Below, in pieces: positions 60,333 through 64,000 of a DNA stretch of 64,000 bases. This DNA comes from Polyangiaceae bacterium (GTDB lineage: Bacteria; Myxococcota_A; Polyangia; Polyangiales; Polyangiaceae). The stretch is from contig JANRKO010000006.1 of the NCBI GenBank assembly GCA_033763455.1, positions 576,001 to 640,000 of the forward strand, given 5' to 3'. The notes under the pieces were generated by a model. That model was not told the origin of the DNA. It did not search any database and worked only from the letters and a program-made list of their open reading frames with translations. Position numbers and translations under genes: made by a program. The number at the start of each line of letters is the position of its first letter. Within the stretch, counting starts at the first letter, position 1.

Positions 60333-61748
60333 GTGAACAAGCCCTTGTTATCTCGTCGCTCGTTGCTCGTTGGTGCCGGCGGTGCCGTGGTTGGCTTGCC
60401 TTGGCTCGAAGCCATGGTGGGTCGCGGCGTTCACGCCCAGGCAGCCGTTATACCAAAGCGCTTTTTCCTGGCTTTCGGCGGCGTCACGTGCGGCCTTCCG
60501 CGTTTTTCGCAGCCTGACACGACTGGCCCAAACTACGATCTCAAGCGTACCCTGATGCCACTTACGGCTGTAAAGGATGAGGTTACGCTCGTTTCGGGTC
60601 TGCGGTTGCCAGCCAATGGCCCAGGCAGTTGGGGTGGTGGCGGGACTTTTCACAACAGCACGAACAGCCCGATCCTCTGCGGCCTGTCAAACCCCGACAA
60701 CGGCAATGCCACGATGGAGGACGTTACCTCTGATCAGGTCGTGGCTGATGCCATCGCGGGCGACACTCGGTTTCGTTCACTCGAGTATCGCGTACAGCTT
60801 AGGAATTATCGCGAGAGCGCACGTGCTGGCACCATCTCAGCCCGTAGGAGTCAAGGCGGCTCGCTTCAGTTGAATCCACCGCAGGCAAGCCCTCAGCTCG
60901 CTTACGACGCCCTCTTCACGGGATTCACTCCACCAGGTGGGGGAAGCACTCCCGCGGCGGATCCCGCTGCTGCGGCAAAGTTGCTTCGTGACCGCAGTGT
61001 TTTGGATCGCGTCTCAGTGCGTGCACAGGCGCTAATTGGCCGCTTGGGTGCGGACGATAGGAAGCGGATGGAACGGCACTACGAGGAGATCCGCGCTCTC
61101 GAGATGCGCCTGGGGAGCGTTTTTCAGGGGTCAGCACTCAGCTGCGCTGCGCTTCCGCGCCCACCGGCTGATCCGGCAACATCCGAAGCTTACTACGGGG
61201 ATCGCATTGTTGGCTATTCGGACGAAAGAGCGCGTGGTCCGATTTTTAGCAGCCTGATGCATATGGCCTTCACCTGCGATCTCACGCGGGTGGGTACCAA
61301 TCTCATTACGTATGCGCAGTGTTGCATGAACTCGCAGCCCTTGCTCAACTTGGATGAGGTCGCGGATTTGCACGAGTTGAGCCATGGCGCGGGTACTCCC
61401 GAAAATACCGCCGATTGTGCGGCCTGGCACGTTCAGCAGTTCGCCGATCTCGTGACCCTGCTCAAGAACACCCCGGAAGGTGGCGGAACGGTCCTCGACA
61501 ACTGCGCCATGGTGCTGTTGTTTGAGGCGGGCAGCGAAGATGACGGCAACGTTGGGAACCCGCATACAGGGGAAAACATGTGGGCTCTAGTTGCCGGCGG
61601 AGCTGGCGGGCTCAAACGTGGTCACCACATAGCTGCGGCCAATCAGCCCCACCCGTGCAACGTACTCATTAGCTTGATGCAGGCTGTTGGCCTGCAGACG
61701 AACACTCACGGAGAAATCTCTGGGCGCGTCGCGGAAATGTTCGTGTAA
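60333..61748 (+). CDS. DUF1552-family Tat-exported protein
   Basis: LSRRSLL Tat motif, LPWLEAM, SVLD, AFTCDLTRV, HELSH, TVLDN. Confidence 0.88.
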   Translation: MNKPLLSRRSLLVGAGGAVVGLPWLEAMVGRGVHAQAAVIPKRFFLAFGGVTCGLPRFSQPDTTGPNYDLKRTLMPLTAVKDEVTLVSGLRLPANGPGSWGGGGTFHNSTNSPILCGLSNPDNGNATMEDVTSDQVVADAIAGDTRFRSLEYRVQLRNYRESARAGTISARRSQGGSLQLNPPQASPQLAYDALFTGFTPPGGGSTPAADPAAAAKLLRDRSVLDRVSVRAQALIGRLGADDRKRMERHYEEIRALEMRLGSVFQGSALSCAALPRPPADPATSEAYYGDRIVGYSDERARGPIFSSLMHMAFTCDLTRVGTNLITYAQCCMNSQPLLNLDEVADLHELSHGAGTPENTADCAAWHVQQFADLVTLLKNTPEGGGTVLDNCAMVLLFEAGSEDDGNVGNPHTGENMWALVAGGAGGLKRGHHIAAANQPHPCNVLISLMQAVGLQTNTHGEISGRVAEMFV

Positions 61749-61778
61749 GCAGACATGGGCTCGCGACGTTTCTCAGTT

Positions 61779-63461
61779 TCAGTGAACGTCACCCACGAGC
61801 CAGGCAAAGCCAGGAACGAGCACTTCCTCGGGCGTAGCACCTCCGTGGCGCTCACGGGAGGTGCCACCGTCGAACGGGTCCAGATGAAAACCGTGATCAC
61901 CGAACACAAAGGCGAGCGTGCGCGGCGGAAGCTTGCCAAGGAAATGGGCTAACGCCTCGCTGGTCTCATCGGCGATCTCAGCGAATCTCTCGCTCAAAGG
62001 GGCGCCCGGGGTCTCCAAGCGCGCCTGGATCACATCGAGCTTGTGAAGCTCCCGATGCCCAGTCTTCACGCGCCTGAGGGTGGTCGCGTTACGCCCATGT
62101 GCAACAACAACGCTGCTTTCGTCAGCGGTTTCGCGCGGGTCGAAGTCCTTGAGGCCAGTGGGCCCTCGGCCGAGGAGTTCCAGCTGAGTCGTCGTGTTCG
62201 AAGGAAGTGCCGACCACAGCAAGAGACGTTCAGCTAGGGCAGCGCGTCCGCCGAGCAGTTTCTGAAGGCGCTCCTCGACGCGCAGCCCGAGATCGAAACG
62301 CATAGCGTCGACCAAGATGAGCTGGACGGTGCGAGCCCCGTGCAAGCGAGCAATACGCGCAGCTATGTCCGGCACGTCCAACACCATCGTGGGGCGTTTG
62401 CCGCGATGCCGGAGCGCATCGAATGCGTCGGTGTAACTGCGTTCGAAACTCTTGCTCCAGGCCTCAGCTACTGAGCGAGCGCGCGGATCGTCGAGCCCTG
62501 AGACAATCTCGTCGCTCAGCGGCACGTAGCTCGAAACAAACAGACGCTCGATGACACTCAACGGCTTGGGACCACGGGCCATATCCAGCTCGGTAACCCA
62601 CTCGGGCCAGCGAGGATTGTGAGCGTGAACTTTTGGGGCGGGAGCCGCCACGTCGCGTTCACCCAAGGCATCAGGTGCCTCAAGGGCCTCACTTGTCGAA
62701 GCTGCTTCGAACGTAGCTTGAGCTTCCTCAGCTTTCGGGTGGGAAAGGCCTGCATCAGCTTCAAGTACTGCGTCAGCTTCAAGCACTGCATCAGCTTCGG
62801 CTGGTGCGCCGACAGCGATGGCTTCGAATACAGCTTCAGCCGCCAATGCGTTCGGCTCATCGGAGCTCGCCCCTTCCGTGCCGCCGCAAGCAAGCGACAG
62901 CTCCATGGCGGAGACGCTATCGGCAACGGAGGGCGCGACCTGGGGGCTTGCCTCCGCGCTCCCACCTATGCATTGGTCGTTCAGAAGGTCAGCCAGTCGA
63001 CAGGGAGACCTATAAGCACCGAGGCCCTGATTTGTGGCGTTAATCAGGACTTGCACAGGGCGCTCCGTTACCGCCGTGGCCCACCAGCTCAGTACTCGAC
63101 TATCATCGGCGTCCAGCACGCCAGCCGAATTGGTGATCCCTTGGAGGCCGGGGATGCTGAGCACGAGACCGCGGCGACCCACGAGGCGGGCTCTGTAGAG
63201 TTGGTCGCTGAGCGACGCGTCCAGATTTGTGCTGGCTCCGATCCCGGGTGGCGCGGCGCCCAGGCGTTCTAGCGTGTTGTCAATGTTTTCTTCGAGCCAA
63301 AGCCCAAGGTTTCCGCGCACAGCCGGGCCCGGGGCCACGGCGCGAACGGGCACGAGTTCTTCTAACTCGGCGAACTGGAGCAACTGTTCGCTCTCAGAGT
63401 TGTTGGCAAACCGGACGCTTCCAAGCGCGACACACACTTCCTCGGCGACTGCAACGCTCAT
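61779..63461 (-). CDS. Protein with C-terminal PglZ-like (alkaline phosphatase superfamily) domain
   Basis: LILVDAMRFD, LPSNT, GDHGF, HGGATPEEVLVP; acidic Ala/Glu linker; ATG 63461 (ORF open to 63509). Confidence 0.75.
   Translation of the reverse strand: MSVAVAEEVCVALGSVRFANNSESEQLLQFAELEELVPVRAVAPGPAVRGNLGLWLEENIDNTLERLGAAPPGIGASTNLDASLSDQLYRARLVGRRGLVLSIPGLQGITNSAGVLDADDSRVLSWWATAVTERPVQVLINATNQGLGAYRSPCRLADLLNDQCIGGSAEASPQVAPSVADSVSAMELSLACGGTEGASSDEPNALAAEAVFEAIAVGAPAEADAVLEADAVLEADAGLSHPKAEEAQATFEAASTSEALEAPDALGERDVAAPAPKVHAHNPRWPEWVTELDMARGPKPLSVIERLFVSSYVPLSDEIVSGLDDPRARSVAEAWSKSFERSYTDAFDALRHRGKRPTMVLDVPDIAARIARLHGARTVQLILVDAMRFDLGLRVEERLQKLLGGRAALAERLLLWSALPSNTTTQLELLGRGPTGLKDFDPRETADESSVVVAHGRNATTLRRVKTGHRELHKLDVIQARLETPGAPLSERFAEIADETSEALAHFLGKLPPRTLAFVFGDHGFHLDPFDGGTSRERHGGATPEEVLVPGFAWLVGDVH
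62751..62798. repeat. 18-bp in-frame tandem repeat (2.7 copies) encoding EADAVL
   Basis: tgcatcagcttcaagtac / tgcgtcagcttcaagcac / tgcatcagcttc. Confidence 0.85.
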
Positions 63462-63646
63462 ACTGCACCCTTGTCCTATTTCGGACGGAACGGCCCAGTT
63501 TTCCGACAAAGTACCGAAGAGGCTCGGCTAAGTTTCGCTGAAACGTCCCAATAACACTCGAGCAGGCGACACCTTACCGACATCAGAGCCGAACACGCAC
63601 CAATGGTGAGCGTCGCAATAAACTTGCCCTCACCAAGGGCCCGCCA

Positions 63647-63675
63647 TTGACGCGTCGTGGGTTCCCAAATACATT
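63647..63675 (+). promoter_or_regulatory. Sigma70 promoter of the 6S RNA
   Basis: TTGACG-N17-TACATT ending 6 nt before the predicted RNA 5' end. Confidence 0.8.
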
Positions 63676-63681
63676 TGCAGA

Positions 63682-63879
63682 AGGTTCCCTCTGCTGAGTT
63701 CGAGAGACGCGTAAACGAATCCCTTACCAGATTCCGAAAGGGAGACGAGACGAAGGTGAAGCGCTAGGCCCGGAACTTTCTCACCGGGAAGCCAGAAGCC
63801 CTCAACGAGTCACCCACCTAGTATTATCTAGGGGTTCGGTATCGCTCATTGTGCTCGCGGCTTGAGTGGTCAGGAATCT
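63682..63879 (+). ncRNA. ssrS: 6S RNA
   Basis: ~198-nt long hairpin: AGGUUCC/GGAAUCU closing stem, GAGUUCGAG/CUCGCGGCUU, GAAUCCC/GGGGUUC; 3' GAAGCC...CACCCACCUAG...CUAGGGGUUC resembles known 6S RNAs; promoter and terminator flank it. Confidence 0.82.
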
Positions 63880-63883
63880 ACTT

Positions 63884-63912
63884 GAACGGGCCCTTCGGGC
63901 CCGTTCGCTTTT
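63884..63912 (+). terminator. Intrinsic terminator after 6S RNA
   Basis: GAACGGGCCC-TTC-GGGCCCGTTC 10-bp stem followed by GCTTTT. Confidence 0.8.
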
Positions 63913-64000
63913 GGGCCTACCGATCGATCGTGTAGCCAGTTCGGCCGAGTGGCTGGGAGGTCGGGGCGGCTACCATCGGGTCTTTAACTGAGGCACGCGG

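Noticed and set aside
61779..63461. BREX defence system
   Set aside because: Only a PglZ-like domain is present; no brxA/B/C, pglX or brxL, and the flanks are a DUF1552 gene and 6S RNA

Overview
A GC-rich (~60%, by eye) bacterial chromosomal segment. The gene content is typical of Myxococcota, probably Polyangia: Ser/Thr kinases, FHA-containing sigma54 activators, Cys-rich repeat lipoproteins and a DUF1592/DUF1552 pair. It holds about 50 CDS, including ruvB, glnB-glnA, argC, cysI, ctaA, xylA, lepB and gpsA, plus a probable 6S RNA with its own sigma70 promoter and terminator. I saw no tRNA, rRNA, CRISPR array, integrase or transposase. The strongest novel signal is a ~14 kb putative extracytoplasmic glycosylation locus (20.9-34.8 kb). 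It encodes a flippase-like protein, a polyprenyl-phosphate GT2, a SAM methyltransferase, four GT-C-like membrane proteins and two paralogous lipoproteins with an unrecognised 4-Cys domain. Its regulation can be read from the DNA: three near-consensus sigma54 promoters, each ending almost on a start codon, a shared 17-bp palindrome TGGCACAGnnTGAGCCA, and an embedded FHA-sigma54 activator. Other candidates are a Fur-boxed beta-barrel plus monoheme cytochrome c lipoprotein operon, a standalone PglZ-like protein, a histidine kinase/pseudokinase pair, a symmetric 8+8 Cys-repeat protein and several structured intergenic regions. All family assignments come from motif recognition by eye, not database searches.
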